Origin: the human T2T-CHM13v2.0 reference genome, Homo sapiens
Reading direction: 5' to 3' (one strand)
NCBI RefSeq assembly: GCF_009914755.1
Contig: NC_060929.1
Length of the DNA stretch: 64,000 nt
Shown here piece after piece: positions 45,023-64,000 of this stretch (positions are counted from its first letter, which is position 1; every line of letters begins with the position of its first letter). Position numbers and translations under genes: made by a program. The notes below the pieces were generated by a model. It had not been told where the DNA came from. It searched no databases and saw only the letters and a list, made by a program, of their open reading frames with translations.

Positions 45023-46442
45023 AGAACATCAATAAAAGAAGAAGAATTCTGAATGCCAAAAAAATGCTACTGCTCACTTTTCCTCAAACTGTCTATGGTG
45101 AAAGGTGAGTGTTTGTTGTTTACTTTTAATTTACAGTTCATTGTATGTGGATTGAATTTAAAAATGTAATTCTAAAATATAGTAAAATAAAACACACAAA
45201 AAAGGGAACACACAAGCCTGTTGATATGTTATAGCTTTTCAACATTTTCTCTCAATGTTTGCCTTTATTACAAACTCTTAGGAGTTTGTGGATTGGCATT
45301 GGTCCACAGAAGACACTTTGAGTAGCATGACAAGTACTGCTCTGAAAAAGATGATGCAGCTGGAGCCCCAAGTCATTTTTATAAGGACATTTTCCTCAAT
45401 CTGTATTACAGCCCAAAATTCTTGAAGGATATTACATATTCCCATGAGTGCTATTGGCTTACTACAGAAGAGACAACTAGGATCTTTTACGGCTGTGTGT
45501 GAAGTTTGAAAAAACTTCCCATATAATTCTGATGTATTCTCCTTGTCCTGCCTTAGAACCATTGTGGTAAGAAACCACAAACAGGTAATGAGATTCTATT
45601 GTGTATAAAGCCATGTACTATACAACTATGCACACAAAGACTATGAGACAGAGACCTGAACACTATTCATAAATGTGAGAATGGGGGTAGCAGTGGGACT
45701 CATGCAAAAATAACTAATGATTCAAAGTAATTCATAAAAAGTTAATTTGTACATTGGAAGTGTACAGATTAATTATAGTGTCATAGATTTAAATACCAGT
45801 TATACCACCTCCTAGTTTTTAAATTTAGGTTTATAATCTCAAATTTATAGGGTTTTGTGAAAATTTAACTACACCGTTATGAAGGGTTAAACAAAAATAA
45901 ACTTACACTAGGGAAGGGGAGAAGTAGCATAAATACATTCCTTAGAGAAAAATTTTAAAAGATTAAATTATTTTATGTGACACCTCAGATATAATACCTA
46001 GCTTTACCTCCAAGGATGTGTGTTGTTCTGCCATACATAAACACTGATAAAGAAAAGGTCAAATGTATAAGTGCCATTACAGATGAATATGTGAGATTAC
46101 ATACATAAAGCAAGTAGTACAGGTGATGCCATATGGTATGTCTTCAAAACATGGTACCCATGTCTAACTTTATTTAAAGTTTTTCCACCAAGATTAACCA
46201 AGTGAGATGAGCTAATTTTATATCCACATGAAATAGCACATTGATAAAGCCCTGGTTGCAATTCTGTAAATATTTTTTGATGGATCATTCATCACTTATC
46301 ATTTTACAAAGTTAGACTAAAAAGATATTTTAGCAAAATTACCTTTCTCAAGATTTGCAAATATTTTTAATATAACTTCAATTAAAAAAGTAATGGCAGA
46401 GAAATGTAAGATGGCATAAAGTACTGACAGCCTAAGATAAAA

Positions 46443-46766
46443 TGCAGCAAAATGGATGGAGCTGGAGGCCATAAACCTAAGCGAATTAACTCAGGAACAG
46501 AAAATCAAACCCTACATGTTCTCACTTATAAGTGGGAGCTAAACACTGAGCACACATGGACATAAATATGGGAACAATAGACATTCAGGACTACTAGAGG
46601 GTTAAGGGGATGGTGAGTTGAAAAACTACCTATTGAGTACTGTGCTCACTACCTGGGTGATGGGATCCATACCCCAAACTTCAGCATCACACAACATTCC
46701 CAGGTAAGAAACCTTGGCATGTACCCTTGCATCTAAGATAAAATTTGATATTTAAAAACAAAAAAA
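46443..46766 (+). mobile_element. L1PA16/17-like 3' end
   Basis: tggatggagctggaggcc, ttctcacttataagtgggagctaa, gttgaaaaactacctattg, A-tail. Confidence 0.82.
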
Positions 46767-47167
46767 TGAAAACAGGAAAAAAGTCTTAGAAACTTTAATA
46801 AAGCAAATGATAAATGGATTTGATTTTTAAGGCATCCATGTATTTCTAATATATTTATATAATTATGTATCTATTTCTAATGTTTTAAGTCAATTCTAGG
46901 TATATTTCAAGAGAAAAAAGAATTGAGAAACTAAAGATGTATGCTCAGAGAAGGAAGATTTTAGTTCAGGCTTGTGATGTTCAAAATACCTCCCACATAT
47001 TTTAAGTAATACAATTTATTCATATTAGTGGCAATTGATCAGGGAAACAGTTATTCAATATTGACATATTTGGTACAACTTTCTCATTCTGGGCTCACAG
47101 CACAAAGAAGTAACATCTGATTATTAATTAAAAATAAGAAAGTACTGAACAGTATTCATTGTAAAAC

Positions 47168-47215
47168 TGTATTTTCATTTCGAATAAAATTTGTATTTTC
47201 ATTTCGAATAAAATT
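47168..47215. repeat. Perfect 24-bp tandem duplication
   Basis: tgtattttcatttcgaataaaatt x2. Confidence 0.95.
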
Positions 47216-48474
47216 TATCTGCAAAAGTAATTTTTTTTGAAGCTTTGAGGAAATTAACTACTTTGGCCAAGCTAGAGTTAAGTGTAGCCGCAGCTTTTGT
47301 TATCCCTGCTTCATAATATCTAGATTTTGCTCATGTGGGTATAGTTAGAAAATGGGATCTTTTCTCACACAGGGCACTTAAAAAGAAATAGGTACTTGCT
47401 TAACAGTAAGTATGCAGATGATGACCAGAACAAAAGGTCAAAACTCGCTACCAAACTAGACTTTGGCATGATAGTCAGTCTCTAGGAGAAAGAAGAGAAT
47501 ATTTACAAGAAATATTCCTTGAGTCCAGGATTATAGGTGGGTAACTAAGGATGCTTGAATTCTACTTAAGAGACTACTTTTAATAATTAAGTAATTTCTA
47601 GATGTACCACCACCGTTTCTCAGCTATCGATGTAAATTGGTGTGTACCTTTTATGGAATTTGAATAGCGAAGCATCAAGAGTAGTCTTTCCCCCAAAGAC
47701 TTTGTTTTGGGGAAAAAAATCTTGGTTATAACATTCATATACAAAATCATTTAGTGGGTCCTAATTATTTGAAAAACTAGAAAAAAATCTCTTTAGCATA
47801 GTTTATTTAGACTGTTTAAGCGTGATTCACAAATCTCACTTTACGTACACTCTGCCCCCACTCTTCCTTCTTGTGTACTGTCCTGGTGTCTGGGACTTCA
47901 CTTGGAGAGGTAAACTGACCTAAATTGCCAACTTCATTTCTTTTTACTTATCTAATCTTAATATTTATCCATCTGCAAACAATACCTTCAGTACTTTTAA
48001 TGTTTAAAATACGTTTGACAATGCAGGCATAATTGTCATGTTCTATTTCTCTAAATAGAATGTCGCAAAGGCCATATTATATACTTCTAAGTATCTCTCA
48101 TAGAGCTGAGCAAAATGCTGTGTCTATAATTAAGGCACTTTCACTTATCTCAAGAATACAAGGAAAAAAATAAAGAAATGGAAGAAATGAAGGGGTTTAA
48201 GCAGTATTAAGAAAAGGAAAAGAAAAGAGGAAGTGAGAAAAAACAAGGCAAGAGAAGCAAAGGCAAGAAGGACACAAAGAAAAAAAGTAAAAACAAACTT
48301 ACAAAAAAAAAGCACGTTAGAAAATAAAGAGTAGTCAACACCTCACACAAGAATAGGGTGCCTATTGCCACCACTTAGTAAAATCTTTATGAGTTAGAGG
48401 GTAGAGTAGTCACAAGGGTCTTGTCTCCGTATTGGGGAGTTATTAGCACTAAACTAAACACATCTTAAAAACAA

Positions 48475-50595
<2,121 letters not shown>

Positions 50596-50777
50596 TATTG
50601 GATATGGTGAAAGTTGTTATCCCACCATCCAATATTTATTGTAAATTTTCAGCATTTGAGAGCATGAATAGCAAACTTTGTTTATTGGGATATCTGTCTG
50701 CTTTGGAGAAAACAGAGAACACACTGTTATTTTATTTTTCCCCAATTTTAATCCAGTTACAGAGAGATTATGTGTCA

Positions 50778-51194
<417 letters not shown>

Positions 51195-51380
51195 TCATGT
51201 CTCAACATTTTCAACCTGTTTTCTCTTGTTTAGTTTATAAAACAACCAAATGAAACCTTTCAGAATATACAACTAAATCAGCAATATTACTGAGAATTTA
51301 ATCCTTTTCTCCAAAGTCCTGTTCTGTGCCTTCTACACTTTCTTTACATTACCACTGCTACACTCCCATATATTTTCCCT

Positions 51381-51679
51381 TGTTTTTTTTTTTTTTTTTG
51401 GAAATGTAGTCTCGCTGTGTCACCCAGGCTGGAGTGCAGTGGTGCAATCTGGGCTATCTGCAACCTCCACCTACTCAGTTTGAGCAATTCTCTTGCCTCA
51501 TCCAGAGTAGCTGAGGCTACAGGCATATGCCATCATGCCCAGCTAATTTTTGTATTTTTAGTAGAGGTGAGATTTCACCATACTGGCCAGGCTGGTCTCA
51601 AACTCCTGGCCTCAGGTGATACACCCACCTCGGCCTCCCAAAGTGCTGGGATTACACACCTGAGCCACCATGCCCAGCC
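51381..51679 (-). mobile_element. AluS (Sx/Sz-like)
   Basis: PolyT plus antisense Alu; atattttc on both flanks. Confidence 0.93.
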
Positions 51680-52164
51680 AATATTTTCAGTGAGTCAGTT
51701 TTTAAAACCTTTTTTTGTAATCAGGCACTGAAGAGTATTCTAGGATTAATTTTCTGAACCATTCACCAAGAAATGCAGGATTTAGAATTTGTGGGTTTTG
51801 TTAGTAAAAAGTGTATAAGTTTGAATGTTTCTATGTTTATGTATGCATGTGTGTACATGTTTTTGCGTAGCTAATCTCTGAATACATTGACCAAAATCTC
51901 TTAAGAATTACTATTTCTTTGGTTATATTTGAGTACTGACAGAGTTCACCAATTTTTTTGTTATTTTCCCTTCAGAAAGGAGTTGATACTATATTTAACT
52001 CCATAGTCAAACAAATTGAGACATCATTGTCAAATTAAATGTAAAACAATAAAAATTTGGAGCTTGTGCTTTGAGAAAGGTGTATAGCTAAGAAATGGTA
52101 TTTGTGTAATTCCATTTATAATTTATGTTTGTCTTTGTGACTTTTAAAGGATAGAGCAATATAC

Positions 52165-52283
52165 AGAGAGATATTTTTATATATATAAAAGATATATATA
52201 TGAACATCTTTTATAGATATATAGGTAAAAGATATCTCTATCTCTGTCGGTCGATCTATCTATCTACCTATCTGTCTATCTGT
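52165..52283. repeat. (TA)n/(TCTA)n low-complexity tract
   Basis: atatatata..., tctatctatctacctatctgtctatctg directly upstream of the L1 TSD. Confidence 0.8.
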
Positions 52284-52298
52284 AAGTTAAAACATCAA

Positions 52299-52754
52299 CT
52301 ACAGAGAGGAGCCAAGATGGCCGAATAGGAACAGCTCTGGTCTACAGCTCCCAGCGTGAGCGAGGCAGAAGACGGGTGATTGCTGCATTTCCATCTGAGG
52401 TACCAGGTTCATCTCACTAAGGAGTGCCAGACAGTGGGTGCACGACAGTGGGTGCAGCGCACCGTGCGCGAGCTGAAGCAGGGTGAGGCATTGCCTCACT
52501 CGGGAAGTGCAAGGGGTGAGGGAGTTCCTTTTCCTGGTCAAGGAAAGGGGTGACAGAGGGCACCTGGAAAATCGGGCCACTCCCACCCAAATACTGCGCT
52601 TTTCCGATGGGCTTAGGAAAGGGCGCACCAGGAGATTATATCCTGCACGTGGCTTGGAGGGTCCTACGCCCACGGAGTCTCGCTGATTGCTAGTACAGCA
52701 GTCTGAGATCAAACTGCAAGGCGGCAGTGAGGCTGGGGGATGGACGCCCGCCAT
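52299..52754 (-). other. Open, C-terminally extended L1 ORF0-like frame (151 aa); expression unknown
   Basis: MAGVHPPASLPPCSLISDCCTSNQRDSVGVGPS... matches the ORF0 N-terminus; open until the TAG in the TSD. Confidence 0.55.
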
Positions 52755-53340
52755 TGCCCAGGCTTGCTTAGGTAAACAAAGCAGCCCTGAAGCTCCAACT
52801 GGGTGGAGGCTACCACAGCTCAAGGAGGCCTGCCTGCCTCTGTAGGCTCCACTTCTGGGGGCAGGGCACAGACAAACAAAAAGACAGCAGTAACCTCTGC
52901 AGACTTAAATGTCCCTGTCTGACAGCTTTGAGGAGAGCAGTGGTTCTCCCAGCACGCAGCTGGAGATCTGAGAACGGGCAGACTGCCTCCTCAAGTGGGT
53001 CCCTGACCCCTGACCCCCGAGCAGGCTAACTGGGAGGCATCCCCCAGTAGGGGCAGACTGACACCTCACATGGCCAGGTACTCCTCTGAGACAAAACTTC
53101 CAGAGGAACAATCAGACAGCAGCATTCGCGGATCACAAAAATCCGCGCAGTTCTGCAGACACCGCTGCTGATACTCAGGCAAACAGGGTCTGGAGTGGAC
53201 CTCTAGCAAACTCCAACAGACCTGCAGCTGAGGGTCCTGTCTGTTAGAAGGAAAACTAACAAACAGAAAGGACATCCACAGCAAAAAACCCATCTGTACA
53301 TCACCATCATCAAAGACCAAAAGTAGATAAAACCACAAAG
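52304..53340. promoter_or_regulatory. L1 5'UTR sense/antisense promoter with intact YY1 motif and the ZNF93-target segment
   Basis: AAGATGGCC near +11; extra segment 53081-53210 flanked by actcc repeats. Confidence 0.8.
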
Positions 53341-54355
53341 ATGGGGAAAAAGCAGAGCAGAAAAACTGGAAACTCTAAAAAGCAGAGTGCCTCTCCTCCT
53401 CCAAAGGAACACAGTTCCTCACCAGCAATGGAACAAAGCTAGATGGAGAATGACTTTGACGAGTTGAGAGAAGAAGGCTTCAGACGATCAAACTACTCCG
53501 AGCTACAGGAGGAAATTCAAACCAAAGGCAAAGAAGTTGAAAACTTTGAAAAAAATTTAGACGAATGTATAACTAGAATAACCAATACAGAGAAGTGCTT
53601 AAAGGAGCTGATGGAGCTGAAAGCCAAGGCTCGAGAACTACGTGAAGAATGCAGAAGGCTCAGGAGCCGATGCGATCAACTGGAAGAAAAGGTATCAATG
53701 ATGGAAGATGAAATGAATGAAATGAAGTGAGAAGGGAAGTTTAGAGAAAAAAGAATAAAAAGAAATGAACAAAGCCTCCAAGAAATATGGGACTATGTGA
53801 AAAGACCAAATCTGTGTCTCATTGGTGTACCTGAAAGTGATGGGGAGAATGGAACCAAGTTGGAAAACACTGCAGGATATTATCCAGGAGAACTTCCCCA
53901 ATCTAGCAAGGCAGGCCAACGTTCAGATTCAGGAAATACAGAGAACGCCACAAAGATACTCCTCGAGAAGAGCAACTCCAAGACACATAATTGTCAGATT
54001 CACCAAAGTTGAAATGAAGGAAAAAATGTTAAGGGCAGCCAGAGAGAAAGGTTGGGTTACCCACAAAGGGAAGCCCATCAGACTAACAGCGGATCTCTCA
54101 GCAGAAACTCTACAAGCCAGAAGAGAGTGGGGGCCAATATTCAACATTCTTAAAGAAAAGAATTTTCAACCCAGAATTTCATATCCAGCCAAACTAAGCT
54201 TCATAAGGGAAGGAGAAATAAAATACTTTACAGACAAGCAAACGCTGAGAGATTTTGTCACCACCAGGCCTGCCCTAAAAGAGCTCCTGAAGGAAGCACT
54301 AAACATGAAAAGGCACAACCAGTACCAGCTGCTGCAAAATCATGCCAAAATGTAA
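53341..54355 (+). pseudogene. Disrupted L1 ORF1
   Basis: ATGGGGAAAAAG start; TAG at 53440-42, TGA at 53728-30 and a 2-bp deletion near 53870. Confidence 0.95.
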
Positions 54356-54418
54356 AGACCATGGAGATTAGGAAGAAACTGCATCAACTAATGAGCAAAA
54401 TAACCAGCTACCATCATA

Positions 54419-58240
<3,822 letters not shown>

Positions 58241-58599
58241 ACAATGAGAACACGTGGACACAGGAAGGGGAACATCACACTCTGCGGACTGTTGTGGGGT
58301 GGGGGGAGGGGGGACGGATAGCATTAGGAGATATACCTAATGCTAAATGATGAGTTAATGGGTGCAGCACACCAGCATGGCACATGTATACATATGTAAC
58401 TAACCGGCACATTGTGGACATGTACCCTAAAACTTAAAGTATAATAATAAAAATTAAAAAAAAATTAAAAAAAAAAACATCAACTACAAAGGTTAACAAC
58501 ATGAAAAATAAATTTCCTATTTCTGTGTTTTGAGTTTCCTGGTTTCTGTACTCAGGGACAAAACTTTATCTATGCCTCAATTTTCTCAACTATAAAATT

Positions 58600-60110
58600 G
58601 AGATAATTACCACTTTCATCCCATTGATTTAAATTATCATTTGGTGTAACTTTCTTCCAGCTTGAAGAATTTCCTTTAGGCCACATCTTCTGACAATGAA
58701 GTATTCCAATTTTTATCAGAAATATCTTTATTTTACTTTTCCTTTTAAAAGGTATTTCTCTCGATAAATAATTTTCCTTTTACAGTTATTTTCTTTCAGC
58801 ATTTTAAAGATGTTCCACTCTCATTTGTCTATTAATGTTTCTGATAAGTCATTCCTAATTTGAATAACTCTTCTCCTATTTGTAATATCTCAATATTCTT
58901 TGGTGACTTTCAGGATTTTCTCTTTATCTTTGGATATCAATATTTTAATATCACATGTCCAGGTATATACTTGTTATTGCATTTATACTTCTAGACTATT
59001 GTATTGAGCTTCTTGAATCTATAAATGAATGTCTGTTACCAAATCTGTAACATTTTCAACCATTATTTCTTCATGTTTTTCTTCCTTAATGTCCATGATC
59101 TGTCTCTGGTCCTTCCAGAATTCCAATCACACCTATAATAGATTTCACTCAATATTGTCATACAGGCTTCTAAGACACTTCTTTTTTTTTCTATTTTTTT
59201 CTTTAGTTCATAAGATTATATGATTTCTTTCTATCCACAAGATCATTGGTTATTTTATTTCTGCCATTGATATTATTTTCTTAACCCTTTCCAATTAGTT
59301 TTATATCAGTTATTGTGCTTTTCAGCTCTAGAATTATTTCATTTTGTTTTGTTTCTATATTTGTGTTGATAGTCTGTCTCTACTTATTATGCATGTATTT
59401 TCTTTTAAATACTTAAATATGTTTATAGTAGGGTTTTTTAAAGTCCTTTTGTTTTCATTATAATGTGTAATTATCTCAGGGTTGTTTTCTTTGAATGTTT
59501 ATTTTCTTGAGTATGGGTCATATATTTCTGTTTCATCATATGTTCAGTAGTTTCTAATTGTATGTTGGATTTTACAAATACTAAGTTTTATAAAATCTGC
59601 ATTTTGATACATCCTCTGTAGATTTGTTTTTACAGACAGTTGACTTGGTTGGACTCAAATTCCATTTTTATCTGCTCTGAAGTGGGAAGTCAGTGAAATC
59701 TCTGCAAAGTTCGTTCAGCTTCTGGCTGCTACTTTTTCACTATACTCTTTAGGGTGTCACCTTTGCATACATAGGTTAGTATTCATTCAATGCTTTGGGT
59801 GGATTTTAAATGTAGACTTTTCGTCTTTTATGGCTCTTCCTCCTGAATACCTCCACTCTCTCATTCTTACTTGCTGGCTATTCTTTCAAATTCAATACTT
59901 TCCAACCTCAAACTAATAAACAGCATCTCTCTGCTTCTCTAGCAGAATCGAAATATGACAGTTTATCTTTTCAGATGTATGTTCCTCTAATTTCTCCCAA
60001 CTTTTGGTCACTTTTCAATACCTTCAAATAGCTACTTCTTATATTTTGTTGAGATTGTATAATTTTTTTCTTGCAATAAGTTTGGCCTAGTTACTTCTCC
60101 ATTTCTAGAA
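58600..60110 (-). mobile_element. Ancient L1M 5'/ORF1 region
   Basis: ttttctttcagcattttaaagatgttccact, aggattttctctttatctttgg, cttttcagctctagaatt; boundaries approximate. Confidence 0.72.
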
Positions 60111-60944
60111 GCCAGAAAATTTACTCTTCCATTCCTGGAAGGCAAAGGTCTATTTCAGGTATTTCAAAATTAAAGTGACAAGTCAATTTTCACATCTTTC
60201 TTATGTGACTTGTATATAGTAAATGTGGTAATCTCTTAAAGACCAAAATGTGAGTTATTTTGCATAGTGCCTTTGTGCATGTGTATATTAAATATTTGTT
60301 GAATGCATAAACATATTAATTAGATGTTTAAGAATCATGCATTCTTATTCATTTTTTCACAAGACTAACTATTTTCTGCTACAGTCTATGACACTTGGGA
60401 TATAGATTTTGTTTGATTCACTGATATCTCCTCCAGTAATATATAAAGTGATCAAAACAAGACCATTAAAATACATTTGAATTTGCCACAAAAATAGAGA
60501 TTTTCATATGATCTATTGTTTTTAGTTTTCTCTGCTTTATTTTTCACTACAAAGTTAACAATATAGAATTATGACTGTTTTTAGTTGGACTGCAGTCTTT
60601 GAGCAGTTACAAGGAAAGTTTGAAAGCAAGGAATAGAGATAAAAAGAAGTTTTTTAAAATAGTAGATCCATGAAGATAATTCAAGACAATCCAGAAAATA
60701 GAGAAAGAATTTTTATCCATTTTAAAGTTTGATGGTAATTCCAGAATTTTCTCATTTTTATACTCTTTGAAAATTGTCAATTACTAGATTTAATTAAGGC
60801 AAAATGTAAAGTCAATATGTGTGCATATTTTTAAATGATAAAACACATTACAAGACTTCAATTATGACTTTAAGTTAGTTTTCTCTGCACAAATTTGCAG
60901 TGCTGGTCAGAATGGTATTTGAAGCCAGACAAAAGGGTCAGCTC

Positions 60945-61241
<297 letters not shown>

Positions 61242-62082
61242 GAAAGTCAGAGCGACTTCCTATACTTGTTTAATAATTTTTTGTGTATTTACATATATCT
61301 ATATACACACACATAAAAACAGACTTAAATAAACCCATTCTGTCATTAGCCAAAGACCATATACAGATGCAAGATGTTATTGAAATAAATGAGAAAACAT
61401 ATGATAGGGTTACACATCAGAAATGAGTTTATTATATATTATTCAAGTATATATGATTGTTCTGTAAATCTTTTTAGTATTCCGTATACTCAGTTTTAAA
61501 GTAGAATCTCAGCACTTTTTTTTTATATGTAGCCATGGGTTAATAAGTGCTGAAAAATAGTTTATGGGGAAGGCATTTAAATTGAATACAGGAAAAGTTT
61601 TTGTTTGCTAATTTCATAATGTTTTTAGAAGACAGTTCTACAATTGCAGCATTCAGAAGATTAAAGAGACACTTTATCAGAGAGCAAGAAAATGTTAACC
61701 AGAAAACAGTACCTCAGAAGAAAATTAAATATAAAAATTCCATTTACCTTGATAAAATTTATCAGTAACTCAATGATAAGTGCAAACAAGGGAGCTAAAG
61801 ATATGAAAGAGATTGTTTAAGAATTTTGGTATAGGCAATATATTGCAAAGGCAGAGAGTTAGCACAGCTCTATAAAATGCACCCCTAAGAAACAGCAAAA
61901 TTGTAAAAGTAGGCATCAGCACTGATAATACTGATAATAAACTGCTGCAAGCACTAAAATGGAAGTTTAAAATTGGAGGAATGAACAAAATAATCCATAG
62001 AAAGCTATTTGGTTTATTGAAACTGGTATGCCCTATATACCTTGGAGACATGTACCTGAAGGCCTTGAAAGATGCATTTCTT

Positions 62083-63028
62083 TTTTATTCTTTTATTTTT
62101 TTGATTTCCAACTTTAAGTCAAGGGGTACATGTGCCACGGTGGTTTGCTGCACAGATCACCCAATCACCTAGCATCCATTAGCTATTTTTCCTGATATCC
62201 TCCCTCCTCCCACCCCCACCCTCCAACAGACACCAGTGTTTGTTGTTCCCATGTGTCCATATGTTCTCATCATTCAGCTCCCACTTATAAGTTAGAACAT
62301 GTGGTATTTGGCTTTCTGTTCCTGTATTAGTTTGCTGAGGGTAATGGCATCCAGCTACATCCATGTCCTTACAAAGGATATGATCTCATTCCATTTTATG
62401 GCTGCATAGTATCCTATAGTGTATGTGTCCCACATTTTCTTTATCCAGTCTATCATTGATGGGCATTTAGGTTGATTCCATGTCTTTGCTCTTATGAATA
62501 GTGCTGCATTGGACACACACATGCATGTATCTTTATAACAGAATGATTTATATTACTTTGGGTATACACCCAGTAATGGGATTGCTAGGTCAAATGGTAT
62601 TTCTGCCTCTAGGTCTTGGAGGAATCACCACACTGTCTTCCACAATGGTTGAACTAATTTATATTCCCTCCAACAGTGTAAAAGCATTCCTTTTCCTCCA
62701 CAACCTCGCCAGCATCTGCTATTTTTGACTTTTTAATAATAGCTAGTCTGACTGGTATGAGATTGTATCTCATTATGGTTTTTATTTGCATTTCTCTAAT
62801 AATCAGTGATTTTGAGTTTTCTTCCGTAAGTTTCTTGGCCACATGTATGTCTTCTTTTGAGAAGTGTCTATTCATGTCCTTTGCCCACTTTTTAATGGGA
62901 TTCTTTTTCTGTAAATTTGTTTAAGTTCCTCAAAGATGCTGGATATTAGACCTTTGTCAGATTGATAGATTGCAAAAATTTTTCCCATTCTGTAGGTTGT
63001 CTGTTTGCTCTGATGAAAGTTTCTTTTG
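62083..63028 (-). mobile_element. 5'-truncated L1PA13-like element
   Basis: Antisense ORF2 end ([11 protein letters not shown]...IIREMQIKT) plus 3'UTR; TSD tgcatttctt (62073-82 and 63034-43). Confidence 0.88.
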
Positions 63029-63499
63029 GAGGCTGCATTTCTTGACCATTTTTTAAATTGTTGTCATAAGAAGTATCCTTTGTCCTTTCTAAAATCATCT
63101 ATTTCAGCTGAAAAAAAGATTTTGTGTTTAAAGATGTGATTTATGTTTTTATTAAAATCATGTTTTATTTTGTAATGATGAATCCACTTTGATTAAAGGG
63201 ATTTTGGTCATATTATTTGCTGCAGGGAAGTGAAATGTAAAGTTCTCAAGATTTGAAAACATAAGATTTCTTAGATCATTTACAACATAAAAGTTGCTTG
63301 ATTCTATATATAGTTTCAATCTTTGCATACAGTTAGGATGTGGATTAGTTGATTGTTACTAAAATCCAGCATGATGTGTTTAAAGGTGATACAGACTTAT
63401 ATAGATGCTAGCTAAATCATTTGTCATGGTAGATCAGTAGGTCTTAAATTTTAAAATATATTTGCCAATGTCACCTGGGTGGAAAAATTTAGCCAAAAC

Positions 63500-63665
63500 T
63501 TTAGGCCTCATGTGGTGGTTTTAGGGTCAAACGAATCCTACTTCTAGCACTGATAAATTGTGGAACCTGCAATTACTAACTTTATTTCTGAAAGCACTGA
63601 TTATTACATTTAATAGACTTCACAATAGTACTCACATGTTAAGTATGTTGGGAGTATTAAAACTG
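63500..63665 (+). mobile_element. Degenerate MIR
   Basis: gaatcctacttctagcact...tgtggaacctg, aatagtactcac...tgttgggagtattaa. Confidence 0.4.
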
Positions 63666-64000
63666 CAAAACCTGAAAAGTGGACCACCAAATTCACTCTC
63701 TGGTGATTAGTTACTTTCCAATAATTTGTAGTTGATAACTCATTCGACCCACGTACTCATTAACAGGATCTATTTAACAATATTATGATTTTTTCAGACT
63801 TTATGATATGTTATATTGGTGTCTTTGAACAAAATAGAAATTTGGCAAGTATCTTTGGAATCCTGTACTAATCTTCCACTCTATAAGCTCCAAAACAGCA
63901 TGATAACAAAATGTCTCATCCTATAGTAAAAGCAGCCCACAGCAAGGAGATGGTTTAGTATAAAACATACTTTTTTTTCTTCTAATATGTGAAGGGTTTT

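Noticed and set aside
61620-62070. Exon-like pieces on both strands (e.g. a minus-strand 47-nt segment encoding PLFALIIELLINFIK)
   Set aside because: No consistent multi-exon frame or recognisable protein; may be ancient LINE-derived sequence.

Overview
Repeat-dense, AT-rich primate genomic DNA, most likely human or another African great ape (AluY copies, plus a young L1 carrying the L1PA3-to-L1HS 5'UTR deletion). No recognisable cellular protein-coding gene, RNA gene or CRISPR array; the long ORFs are decayed LINE-1 ORF1/ORF2 pieces or Alu/LTR-derived frames. The window holds two ~6-kb L1PA elements in inverted, head-to-head orientation (1-5956 minus, 3' end just outside the window; 52304-58473 plus) and a structurally complex 5'-truncated L1PA (27247-29536). 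It also holds about 14 Alus, several solo LTRs (LTR12, LTR1-family, MER50-like, an ERV1 LTR, MER21-like, MaLRs), a Tigger1, and old L1M/L2/MIR relics. The most unusual signal: the two long L1s differ at subfamily-diagnostic sites, yet share about 12 non-consensus substitutions, including the same premature ORF2 stop. The third L1 shares a few further variants with each, which suggests a local L1-L1 gene-conversion network. Also notable are a doubly inverted L1, a triple fold-back hairpin, and candidate plus-strand transcripts driven by LTRs or the L1 antisense promoter. Subfamily names and 'consensus' states are from memory of the consensus sequences, not from a database search.
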